DNA of 64,000 nucleotides from a virus: IMG/VR virus record IMGVR_UViG_3300026488_000018, positions 25,721 to 89,720 of that record; one strand, 5' to 3'. Shown piece by piece: positions 28,934 to 38,017 of this stretch (position 1 is its first letter; each line of letters starts with the position of its first letter). The notes under the pieces were generated by a model. It saw only the letters and a program-made list of their open reading frames with translations, ran no database searches and was not told where the DNA came from. The position numbers and the translations under genes were made by a program.

Positions 28934-29646
28934 TTCTTACAGAGCCAATTGATGAGAAGTTGGATAAGATACCATTGAGTGAAGTGTTTGAGAGTATTCA
29001 GGGTGAAGGTCCTTTTATGGGCCGTAGAGCATTATTTATACGCTTTGCCGGTTGTAATTTGGCAAATGTTTGCAAGTCATGTGATACAGATTTCCGGGCG
29101 CGTATGTTTGTCACTAAGGAGTGGATTGTTCAGAGAATAATGGATTATGTTAATAAGGGCGGATGGCTTGTTGTATTTACTGGCGGTGAACCAGGACTGT
29201 ATAAGCATGTTATAGATGATATTGTTTGGGAGGTTAAGTGTAAGTCACCCAAGGATGTTCAGTTTCAAGTAGAAACGAACGGTATTATTAAGATGGGCGA
29301 TGAGTTTATCGTGCAGGGCGGTATTGTTGTTGTTAGCCCAAAGAAGGGGTTTGAGGAGTACGCATTGAAGAATTACGCTGGTAAGAATTATGCTCATTTC
29401 AAGGTTGTTGTTGGTGCTCCTAAAGATGACCCAGCATTCTGGAGTTGTGATGAAGGCGAAGGATTTATAAATAAGTTTTTGGAAGAACATTCAAAGAGTA
29501 ACGTTTGGGTGATGCCGTGGGGTGGAGATGAAGAAACTTTGAAACGGACGAGACGTTGCGCTTGGGAGATGGCTGTCAGGTTGGGTATTAATTATTCGGA
29601 TAGGCTTCACGTTGTTACGTATGGTGAAAGTATTTCGGGGGTGTGA
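28930..29646 (+). CDS. queE: 7-carboxy-7-deazaguanine synthase (radical SAM)
   Basis: EVFESIQGEG, FIRFAGCNLANVCKSCDT, TGGEP, VETNG, VSPK, SDRLH. Confidence 0.93.
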   Translation: MILTEPIDEKLDKIPLSEVFESIQGEGPFMGRRALFIRFAGCNLANVCKSCDTDFRARMFVTKEWIVQRIMDYVNKGGWLVVFTGGEPGLYKHVIDDIVWEVKCKSPKDVQFQVETNGIIKMGDEFIVQGGIVVVSPKKGFEEYALKNYAGKNYAHFKVVVGAPKDDPAFWSCDEGEGFINKFLEEHSKSNVWVMPWGGDEETLKRTRRCAWEMAVRLGINYSDRLHVVTYGESISGV

Positions 29647-30128
29647 TTATGGAGAGTGTCAATGGTTTTAAGATTGTGGATAATGAATATCTTGAGTGGA
29701 GCGATGATTTTGATTCAGGGCATTTCTTGTTTTTCGATTATCCAAGTAAATGTAGAAGACCACATGGACATTCGTTTGAAATAAAGGTTAAAATTTGGGG
29801 GGTCCCGAACGAGAACGGTGTAATTTTTGATTTTAATCACCTAAAGGAAATAGTGAAAGAACTCGACCATAAGATGTTTATACCCGAGAGAGCAGTGGTT
29901 AAGAGAGAAGATGGTTTTGTTGAAGTTGTCACACAGAATGGTGGGTATTTGAAATTGCCAGAGAACGAGGTTATTATCGTGCCGTATAAGAATGTAACGA
30001 GCGAATTTTTAAGTAGGTTTGTTTTGAGACTTATTGCTGAAAAGGCGGGTTATAATGTTAACCACATTGAGGTTTGTATTAAGGAAGATAAGAGAAGTAT
30101 GGTCTGTGCTGAGGCTTATAGGGGGTGA
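29643..30128 (+). CDS. queD: 6-carboxytetrahydropterin synthase
   Basis: FDSGH, CRRPHGHS, DFNHLK, LDHK, TSE. Confidence 0.92.
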   Translation: MIMESVNGFKIVDNEYLEWSDDFDSGHFLFFDYPSKCRRPHGHSFEIKVKIWGVPNENGVIFDFNHLKEIVKELDHKMFIPERAVVKREDGFVEVVTQNGGYLKLPENEVIIVPYKNVTSEFLSRFVLRLIAEKAGYNVNHIEVCIKEDKRSMVCAEAYRG

Positions 30129-30134
30129 GTTGTT

Positions 30135-30737
30135 ATGAGTAATGTTAAACCAAGGGAAAGGGTTGTTGAAGCCATGAGGGTTCTTGTTGAGACTCTTAAT
30201 AAGGAGTATGGTTGGTTTAATAAAGAAGAGCTGGAGAATACCCCAATAAGAGTTGCGAAATTCTTTGAAGAGTGGTATCAGATGGCAAAGGAAAATGTTG
30301 AGGAGCATATAAAGACATTTGAGACGACCTATGACGGGTTTGTTATGGACACACATATTCCGGTTATTGGAATGTGTAGTCATCACATGCTTCCTATTAT
30401 CGGTGAAATGCATATTGTTTATATACCAGGTACTGATGAAGACGGGAAACTTAAGGTTGTTGGACTTTCGAAGCTTAGTAGAATTGCAAAGAGACATATG
30501 TATCAGCCCATGATTCAGGAGGAGTTTACGGAGAAAGTTCTTAATGATTTGATTGAAGAGATTAATCCGATGTGGGCTATGGTGGTTGTGAAAGCTCAAC
30601 ATGATTGTAAGAGGATTCGTGGTGCAAGAGATATTAATTCAGAGATGATTACCGTTAGAATTTGGCCTAATAACGAGAAGGGGCGCGAACTTGAAAAGAA
30701 GGCTATTGAGTATTTGAAGCTCGCTGGCGTTCTTTGA
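30135..30737 (+). CDS. folE: GTP cyclohydrolase I
   Basis: NTPIRVA, MCSHHMLP, GLSKLSR, IQEE, HDCKRIRG. Confidence 0.93.
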   Translation: MSNVKPRERVVEAMRVLVETLNKEYGWFNKEELENTPIRVAKFFEEWYQMAKENVEEHIKTFETTYDGFVMDTHIPVIGMCSHHMLPIIGEMHIVYIPGTDEDGKLKVVGLSKLSRIAKRHMYQPMIQEEFTEKVLNDLIEEINPMWAMVVVKAQHDCKRIRGARDINSEMITVRIWPNNEKGRELEKKAIEYLKLAGVL

Positions 30738-30845
30738 GGCGTAAAATACACCCAAGATTTTTGAATTTTTGTTTTATTTTTTACACATTGTATGTTAAAA
30801 ACTTTTGTCGAGTATTGTTATTGACGGTTATCAGGGGGAGATATA

Positions 30846-33800
30846 ATGGTCGAGTATATTAAGAAGAGGGATGGAAGAATTGTTAAGTTTGACAGAAGTA
30901 GAATTGAAAATGCTGTCAGGAAGGCTTTTCTTGATGCCAATAATGGGTATGATGAAAACGACGTGAAGAAAGTTACTCGCGCCGTGCTGTATCGCATTAC
31001 TCAGTTGTATGGCGAGGATGATATTCCAAGCGTGGAAGAGATTAACGATATTGTTGAAATAACACTGATGAAGCACGGGTATTATGATGTTGCGAAGAAG
31101 TTCATAATGTATCGCAAGAAGAAGGAAGATGAGCGCAAGGAGAAGATGCGTATTTGGGGGCTTAAAGAGTGGGTTGATGACCCCGTTCTAAAGAAGTTTA
31201 GTATTAACGCGTTGAGGGTTCTCGCTTCGCGGTATCCAATTAAGGACGAGAATGGTAATATTGTTGAGCTCCCGAGTGAGATTTTCAGACGTGTTGCTGT
31301 TGGTGTTGCTATTGCCGAGATGTTGTATGATAAGAAGGTGTTTGATAAGAACGGCGGTCACAGAGCGCGGTATCCAGAGGTTTTTGAAGGTGAAGAGCTC
31401 GAAAAGCTTGGGGTGGAAATTTTTGGGTATAAACTGAATCGTTATATGTGGGAGAGGCTTTATGAGAGGTTTAAGGAACTTGCCGATGAAGGCAAAATGA
31501 AGGTTTCTTGGGAGCAGTTTGTTGAGCTGGTTAAGGATGGTAAGATTACTAAGAATGCGGAGAAGTATGCTAAAGAGTGGTATGAGTTAATGGTTAATCA
31601 GTACATGATGCCTAACACGCCAACGATTAGCAATGCAGGAAGACCGTTTTATATGTTATCAGCATGTTTTGTGAATTATTTAGAAGATAGTTTAGAAGGG
31701 ATTATGAAAACAGCCCATGATATAGCAATTATAAGTAAGTATGGTGGTGGTAATGGAGTTGATTTAACTGTGTTGAGGCCAGAAGGGGATAAGGTTTCGA
31801 AGACAAGTGGCGTGAGTTCGGGACCCGTTTCGTTTCTGCATATGTTTGATGCTATTAGTAATGTTATTAAAGAAGGTGGGATAAGGCGTTCAGCTGGCAT
31901 GGCTGTTATGCAGTATTGGCATCCAGACATTGATAAGTTTATTTATGCAAAGAAAGATAACGATGGTAAGAGTGTCCTCACCACGTTTAATATCAGTGTT
32001 GGTCTTTGGGAGGAGTTCTGGGAGAAACTTGAGAAGGGTGAAGAGTTTGAATTGATTAATCCGCGCGATGGTTCTGTCTGGGGCAAGAAGGATGCGAGGA
32101 AGTTTTTTGAGGAACTTGCTTATATGGCTTGGGCGAAGGCTGACCCCGGTGTGCTGTATTTTGATAGACACAATCAGTATAATATTATGCGTGAGAAGTG
32201 GGGCGATATTACCGCGACTAATCCGTGTCTAACTGGAGATGCTTTGGTTGTTACCCCCGCAGGTCTAAAGAGAATGGACGAACTGAGAGAGGGAGATATG
32301 GTTTACGTTGGTAACGGGAAGTTTGAGAAGATTGTGAAGTTTTATGATTTAGGTGAACAAGACGTGTACCGTATTGTTACAAGGATGGGGTTTGAGATTA
32401 AAGCGACGGGTGACCACAGGTTTATGACGAGTCGTGGTGTTAAGAGAGTTGATGAGATGAAGGTCGACGACACAGTATTTGTTTGGATGAATTGGAAGAG
32501 GCAGGAGTATGGTGTTGGTGAATTTGTTCCAGATGTAATTGTTAAGATTGAATATGTTGGTAAGGAGCGTGTTTACGATTTCGAAACTGATGGCAATAAG
32601 TGGTTCTTTGCGAACGGTATTTATAATTTGGATTGCGGTGAAGAAGCTTTGTATCCTTACGAGGCATGCAATTTACTGAGTATTAATCTGTGGAAGTTTG
32701 TAAAGGAGGATGAAAATGGTAATAAGTATTTTGATTGGGATGAATATGCTAAGGTTATTAAGAGCGCCGTGAGAATGCTTGATGATGTAATTGAGGTGAA
32801 TAAGTATCCTCTTCCGGAGATTAACGAGATGGTAAAGAAGACGCGGCGCGTTGGTCTTGGCTTTATGGGTATTGCTGAGGCACTGTTTGAGCTGGGTATT
32901 CCATATAATAGCAAGGAAGCATATGATTTAATGAAGAAGTGGGCGGAGACTAACCAGTATTTTGCCATGGTAGAGAGCGTTGAGCTTGCAAAGGAGAGAG
33001 GTGAGTTTCCGGCGTTTGAAGAGAGCGGTTATGTTAGGGGAGAACTCCCCGTCGCTGGGTATTATGAAGTTCCAAGAGAGGAGTGGAATTATGATTGGGA
33101 TGGTTTAGTTGAAGAAATAAAGAAGCATGGTATCAGGAATGCGTTTCTTACTACTGCGCCCCCAACGGGTTCGGTTTCAATGATTGCTGATACTTCAAGC
33201 GGTATTGAACCACAGTTTGCGCTTGCGTATAAGAAGAGTGTTACAATTGGTGAATTCTACTACATCGACCCAGTATTTGAAAGAGTGTTGAAGGAGAGAG
33301 GTATTTACTCGGATGATTTAATTAAGAAGATTGTCGATAACGGTGGTTCAGTGCAGGGTATTGAAGAAGTTCCAGAAGATATTAGAAGAGTGTTTGTTAC
33401 GGCAATGGATATTCATTGGATGGACCATATTCTGGCGCAGGCGGTATTCCAGTTGTGGACTGATGTGAGTATTTCAAAGACGATTAATATGCCCGAAAAT
33501 GCAACGGTAGAGGATGTTAAGGCTGCGTATTTGATGGGTCATTATCTCGGGTTGAAGGGTGTCACAGTGTATCGCATGAACAGTTTAACTTATCAGGTAT
33601 TGTCAACGGAGAAGAACAAGAGGAAAGAGCCAGAGATGAGCGATTACGCGAAGGAGACATTCGAAAGAATTTTGAATGAACACGAATGGTTAAAGTCGTA
33701 TATCAACCTCGAAGAAATTAGTGGTTATAAGTTAAAGCAGAAGAACGGTGGATTGTTTTTGAATGTTGGTTTTGAGTTTCCAAGAAAAGAACCGACCCCC

Positions 33801-34043
33801 CAGCAGGGTATTGATTTGAGTAAAGTGGGCGAGTTGATTGAGAAGTATGCTAAGAGTGGAGAGAGTATTGTTGATGATGATGTATTTAAGGCAATTGATG
33901 AAGAACTTCGTAAAAAAGGCCTACTTGGCACCGCGTATTGTCCAATATGCTGGGAGAAGGATAGGGTATTAAGCCCAGTTGTGTTCGAGGCGGGGTGTAA
34001 GACGTGTAAGAGATGTGGTTGGAGCGCTTGTACAGTTGCTTAA
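30846..34043 (+). CDS. nrdJ: class II (B12-dependent) ribonucleotide reductase with ATP cone and mini-intein
   Basis: IKKRDGRIVKFD ATP cone; PNTPTISNAG, LSACF, GGIRRSA, TNP[intein]CGE, GLGFMG, APPTGSVS, SISKTINMP; C-terminal Zn ribbon. Confidence 0.93.
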   Translation: MVEYIKKRDGRIVKFDRSRIENAVRKAFLDANNGYDENDVKKVTRAVLYRITQLYGEDDIPSVEEINDIVEITLMKHGYYDVAKKFIMYRKKKEDERKEKMRIWGLKEWVDDPVLKKFSINALRVLASRYPIKDENGNIVELPSEIFRRVAVGVAIAEMLYDKKVFDKNGGHRARYPEVFEGEELEKLGVEIFGYKLNRYMWERLYERFKELADEGKMKVSWEQFVELVKDGKITKNAEKYAKEWYELMVNQYMMPNTPTISNAGRPFYMLSACFVNYLEDSLEGIMKTAHDIAIISKYGGGNGVDLTVLRPEGDKVSKTSGVSSGPVSFLHMFDAISNVIKEGGIRRSAGMAVMQYWHPDIDKFIYAKKDNDGKSVLTTFNISVGLWEEFWEKLEKGEEFELINPRDGSVWGKKDARKFFEELAYMAWAKADPGVLYFDRHNQYNIMREKWGDITATNPCLTGDALVVTPAGLKRMDELREGDMVYVGNGKFEKIVKFYDLGEQDVYRIVTRMGFEIKATGDHRFMTSRGVKRVDEMKVDDTVFVWMNWKRQEYGVGEFVPDVIVKIEYVGKERVYDFETDGNKWFFANGIYNLDCGEEALYPYEACNLLSINLWKFVKEDENGNKYFDWDEYAKVIKSAVRMLDDVIEVNKYPLPEINEMVKKTRRVGLGFMGIAEALFELGIPYNSKEAYDLMKKWAETNQYFAMVESVELAKERGEFPAFEESGYVRGELPVAGYYEVPREEWNYDWDGLVEEIKKHGIRNAFLTTAPPTGSVSMIADTSSGIEPQFALAYKKSVTIGEFYYIDPVFERVLKERGIYSDDLIKKIVDNGGSVQGIEEVPEDIRRVFVTAMDIHWMDHILAQAVFQLWTDVSISKTINMPENATVEDVKAAYLMGHYLGLKGVTVYRMNSLTYQVLSTEKNKRKEPEMSDYAKETFERILNEHEWLKSYINLEEISGYKLKQKNGGLFLNVGFEFPRKEPTPQQGIDLSKVGELIEKYAKSGESIVDDDVFKAIDEELRKKGLLGTAYCPICWEKDRVLSPVVFEAGCKTCKRCGWSACTVA
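32226..32633 (+). mobile_element. mini-intein (136 aa, no homing endonuclease) in RNR
   Basis: block A CLTGDALV, block B KATGDHRF, block F VYDFET, ends FFANGIYNLD before the +1 Cys of NP|CGE. Confidence 0.88.
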
Positions 34044-34094
34044 TTAGGCTAAAGCTTTTTAAACTTTTCTTTTGTATTATTTACGGTGGTGTAA

Positions 34095-34268
34095 ATGTAT
34101 GTAGTTGAGAAAGACGGTAAGGTGGTAGGCGCGTTTAACGCTTACAATGTGTTTTTCATTGATGAAGTGCTTAAGATGAATTTTATCGAGATTGCTAATA
34201 GGTACGGTATTGATGAGGTTATAATGTGGCTCAGAAAACTGGGGTATACTGTTAAGGAGGTTGATTGA
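34095..34268 (+). CDS. 57-aa hypothetical protein (below ORF-track cutoff)
   Basis: ATG 34095 after GGTGGTG RBS and TTTAAA box; MYVVEKDGKVVGAF...WLRKLGYTVKEVD. Confidence 0.6.
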   Translation: MYVVEKDGKVVGAFNAYNVFFIDEVLKMNFIEIANRYGIDEVIMWLRKLGYTVKEVD

Positions 34269-34910
34269 ATGGGGAGGTTTTTGTTTGTTAGTGATTTACA
34301 TGTGAATGACGAAAATTATGAGCGGACTTTGGAAGGACTGAATAACATAGTATCGAAATATGATGTCGATTTTATAGTTAGCGGGGGCGATAACGGTGAG
34401 GTGGATAATAATTTTCTGGATAGTCTGAATGCTTGCTTTTATTCGATATATGGTAACCATGATACGATTGAGTGGGTGAAAGATTTTAACGGACATTGGC
34501 TACATGATGGTATGCATGTGATTGGTGATTTTTCACTGTTGGCATGGAATGGGATTTTTGGGTTTAGTGAAAAATACCCCAAGTGGTACCATCGTAGCTT
34601 AGATGATTTTATTCGTTTTGGGTATAGCTGGGCTAACGCAAGACCAGATGTGTTTGTAAGTCATGAGATACCATACTATAACAGGTTTGGCAAGCAAGTA
34701 CAGGAATATTTGAGTGTTATGAATTACGGTGTAAAGATGATAAAGCCGAGAGTATGGCTTAATGGCCACATCCACAGAGGCGTTATAATAGACAGAGACA
34801 CATTCCAGGGTATTGTTTATGTGAATGTCGAGAGTAAGGGAAAGAAAGTTAGCGGTGTTATCGTTGAAAAAGATGGTGATGAAATTAATATAACAATTGT
34901 AGAGGGATGA
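34269..34910 (+). CDS. calcineurin-like metallophosphoesterase
   Basis: SDLH, GGD, YGNHD, VSHE, NGHIH. Confidence 0.88.
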   Translation: MGRFLFVSDLHVNDENYERTLEGLNNIVSKYDVDFIVSGGDNGEVDNNFLDSLNACFYSIYGNHDTIEWVKDFNGHWLHDGMHVIGDFSLLAWNGIFGFSEKYPKWYHRSLDDFIRFGYSWANARPDVFVSHEIPYYNRFGKQVQEYLSVMNYGVKMIKPRVWLNGHIHRGVIIDRDTFQGIVYVNVESKGKKVSGVIVEKDGDEINITIVEG

Positions 34911-34913
34911 CGG

Positions 34914-35111
34914 ATGACTGTGGTAGTGTATCGTTGGTATTATGGTGAGTATAAAGAGTTGTTTAGGATTACAGGCAATAAAGTGTCGAATGAGTATGGA
35001 GAGATGTTTTTGAGAGAATTAGGGATACCAATGAATGAGGATGCGGTATTTAAGAGTCTTAAATCGAATGGGGTTTATTTAGTTGAAAGGGTGGGTGATG
35101 AGAGTGATTGA
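34914..35111 (+). CDS. small hypothetical protein
   Basis: 65 aa; resembles the next ORF. Confidence 0.55.
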   Translation: MTVVVYRWYYGEYKELFRITGNKVSNEYGEMFLRELGIPMNEDAVFKSLKSNGVYLVERVGDESD

Positions 35112-35280
35112 GGTTGTACGTATTATCGGTGATAAAGTTATTCCTCTTTTTACTGTTGATGGTGATGAGTTTAGTAATATAGAGCTTGCGCGCGAGTATG
35201 GGTTTGACGGCATGGATGAAGAGAAAATCAAGAAGCTTCTCTGGGATAATCCATATCTTAATTATAGGGAGGTGGAGTGA
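35083..35280 (+). CDS. small hypothetical protein
   Basis: about 60 aa; overlaps the kinase start; resembles the previous ORF. Confidence 0.55.
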   Translation: MKGWVMRVIEVVRIIGDKVIPLFTVDGDEFSNIELAREYGFDGMDEEKIKKLLWDNPYLNYREVE

Positions 35281-37625
35281 TGCAGGGTGCAGAAAAATTC
35301 CAAGGGAAGTCTTATTCAGAAGTTCCACCCGAGTATAGGTATTATGTTGATGAAGAAGAGGAGAGTAAATTTAGGGCAATGGGTGTTCCTATATATGAGG
35401 GTCCACATGGTGGGAAGTTTATAGATAGACGCGATTTGATTAGACACGGTGAGAGAAATCCAATTGAAGTGTCAAGTACGAATATTATTAAGTTGAAACA
35501 GTATTACGACGCTTTATTGGAACGAGGCAGTATTGATTCGGATGAGATGAAGAATGTGATAGCGGCGTTGAATTGGGTAAGATTTAAGGGAATGGCCCGC
35601 AAGGTGGGTGATTTGAGTGTTATTGATGATAAAATTGCTAAGGTCGAGAAATTAGATATAAATTCGTTAAATAGGGATATTTTGTTTAAAGTTCAGTTTA
35701 AGGACGGAACATACGCGTATATGAAGAAGCTTTTTCCTGATGAAATGATAGAGGTTAGGGTTGCCGGTATTACAGGACATATTGTTAGTAATATGTTGGA
35801 GAAGATTGTTGAAAGTGATGTTTTGAAGAAGCTATTACCGAAAGGGCGTTTGGTTAATTACAACGGCGATTGGTATTTTATGACAGATGAAGTGTATGGT
35901 GTTTTGGGTGTTAACGCGAGGGATAAGCTGAAGGATATTGATTTCAATAGTGACGACATGATAGATTTGATGGCGGGTTTGATTGTAATTGGGTTAGGTG
36001 ATTTACATTTTGCTAATGTATTCTATGAGCCAAACGCAAAGATAATAATTCCATTTGATTTTGATTTCGCAGGAAGTAACATTAAAATTACAAATTTTGG
36101 ACCACTTGATTTTATTGCGAGGGTTGATAAGGATAAGTTTAAGGATTTGGATTTCAGGAAACTTGCCGATAAAGTTGTTGAAAAATTTGAAAAATATAAC
36201 GGTGAACTACGTCAGTATTTGTCAGATGAAGAAGATGTATTGAAGACGTATATTAATGCAGATGAGCGGGACGTTGATTTTGCGATTGAGAGTTTTTATG
36301 AGTGGTTTAATAGACTTGGAAAAATTGTTCAGATGTATAAGGATGGAATGATAAATGGTTTTGGGATGTTAGTTAATGTTGGTTCGGCGAGACCAAAAGT
36401 TAATATTAGGGCGTTTATCGGCGATGATTTATTTAATGAGTTGATAAATGATTTTTCGAAAGCCGCAAAGGTACCGGCTGAGTATAGGTTGTATATTAAT
36501 AACTGGCAGGCCCAACGATTTAGGCGCAAGGGTATTAAAGTTTACAGAGGCCCGCGTGGTGGGCTGTATGTTGATATCAGAGAGTTAAAGAATAGAGGTG
36601 TTAATACAGACGAAGTTAAGGTGGTTGAGGAGTTTAAACCGGAGTTACTGGAGGATTCTAAGAATTTGAATGCTATTATTGCCAGGGTTGCAGAAGAACC
36701 AAAATTACGTGTGGCCGTTGTTAACGAATTGAGGAAGGGTATTGATTACATGATAGAGAAACTTATTGATTACAAGTTAGGGCAGAATAGGGAGGAGTAT
36801 TTGTTACATTATCGCAGAGCAGTGAATGCAGCATTTGTGCTAAATGCGTTGAATGGGAAAGCAATGGCGAATGATATGAACAACGATAATTACAAGGTGG
36901 TATCGTTTAGTGATGTTGGTGCGCAACCGGGTGTTATAAATGTGACATCGATGTTTATAGGAGAATTTCTGGATGGGTCACATATTTTTGCAAAGGAGTT
37001 GACGGATGATGCCGAGTGGGTTGTAAATAATTATGTTGCCCCAGCGTTGATTAAGGTATTGGTTGGTCGCGAGTATTCGGACTTTATTCCAACACCGCGT
37101 ATTATAGTGAAGGATGGTAGAGTGTTTGTTGGGACGAGTGAGGTGTATGGAGTTACTGGCATGGATTTAATGGGTATTCAAGATATTGAGTTAAAGAACG
37201 TGGATAGGTTCATGGATTTTCTCGCCGCTCACTATGTTGTTGGTTTGGATGATAGCCACGAGTCAAATTACTTCATAGATCCAGAGAACGGAGTATTTGT
37301 ACAGTTTGATGTTGATTATGCGTTTATGAGGGGTGGAACGGAGCTTCATATAGGTACTATGGTGGAAAAATTAGCAGAGTGGTACGGTTTTGATGCAACG
37401 GAGGTAAAGAGAAGAGGGATAGAGAAGTTGTTACAAAAAGAAAAGGAGATAATGTTCACTATAAGAGCGTTACGCGCGTCGTTAGATGTTTATGATATGC
37501 CCGAGGATAAGAAGGAGATAATGAAGAAGGGTATTGATAGAGCAGGCGCGTTTATGTTTGAACTTATCAGGAAAGCAAAGAAAGACCCAGACGAAGCTAT
37601 ACGGTATTTGGACAGCAAAATTTGA
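35277..37625 (+). CDS. tandem HipA/PI3K-like kinase protein, each domain preceded by a GPxGG module
   Basis: catalytic loops GDLHFANV..IPFDFDFA and DDSHESNY..VQFDVDYAF; Lys motifs AYMKK and IFAKE; modules VPPEYRYY..EGPHGGKF and VPAEYRLY..RGPRGGLY. Confidence 0.7.
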   Translation: MMQGAEKFQGKSYSEVPPEYRYYVDEEEESKFRAMGVPIYEGPHGGKFIDRRDLIRHGERNPIEVSSTNIIKLKQYYDALLERGSIDSDEMKNVIAALNWVRFKGMARKVGDLSVIDDKIAKVEKLDINSLNRDILFKVQFKDGTYAYMKKLFPDEMIEVRVAGITGHIVSNMLEKIVESDVLKKLLPKGRLVNYNGDWYFMTDEVYGVLGVNARDKLKDIDFNSDDMIDLMAGLIVIGLGDLHFANVFYEPNAKIIIPFDFDFAGSNIKITNFGPLDFIARVDKDKFKDLDFRKLADKVVEKFEKYNGELRQYLSDEEDVLKTYINADERDVDFAIESFYEWFNRLGKIVQMYKDGMINGFGMLVNVGSARPKVNIRAFIGDDLFNELINDFSKAAKVPAEYRLYINNWQAQRFRRKGIKVYRGPRGGLYVDIRELKNRGVNTDEVKVVEEFKPELLEDSKNLNAIIARVAEEPKLRVAVVNELRKGIDYMIEKLIDYKLGQNREEYLLHYRRAVNAAFVLNALNGKAMANDMNNDNYKVVSFSDVGAQPGVINVTSMFIGEFLDGSHIFAKELTDDAEWVVNNYVAPALIKVLVGREYSDFIPTPRIIVKDGRVFVGTSEVYGVTGMDLMGIQDIELKNVDRFMDFLAAHYVVGLDDSHESNYFIDPENGVFVQFDVDYAFMRGGTELHIGTMVEKLAEWYGFDATEVKRRGIEKLLQKEKEIMFTIRALRASLDVYDMPEDKKEIMKKGIDRAGAFMFELIRKAKKDPDEAIRYLDSKI

Positions 37626-37671
37626 TGTTTATTATAAAGAGTAGGAATGAATATCTAATGGGGGTATTGAA

Positions 37672-37935
37672 ATGGAGGACGATGTTATTTTTACTGAGAT
37701 TGAAAAGGTGATAGAACAGAAGAAGAAACGATACGAGCGGGCTCTACTTGAAGAGGAGGAAGCAGGTAGAACGTTAACAAGAGTTACAGATTTAGAGAAT
37801 TCTCTTATTGATGCGTATATTAAGTACCTCAGGATGAAGTATTGGGTGAAAGAACATAAAGTTGTTGCAAGTAAAGATGCTTTACGCGAGATTGACGAAT
37901 TTTTTGAACTTGTCGAACAGGATGATACTGATTGA
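37672..37935 (+). CDS. small coiled-coil protein upstream of terminase
   Basis: 87-aa helical ORF. Confidence 0.55.
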   Translation: MEDDVIFTEIEKVIEQKKKRYERALLEEEEAGRTLTRVTDLENSLIDAYIKYLRMKYWVKEHKVVASKDALREIDEFFELVEQDDTD

Positions 37936-38017
37936 TAGTTGCGAGGATAACTGATGGATGGGCTGTTAGCGGGATTACTAAGAGTGGCGGTGTTTGTGAG
38001 AAGAAACCGGAATCCTT

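Noticed and set aside
27451-30737. Cellular queuosine/archaeosine tRNA pathway of a host chromosome
   Set aside because: Embedded among viral head and replication genes, with a short DpdA-like rather than full archaeal TGT partner
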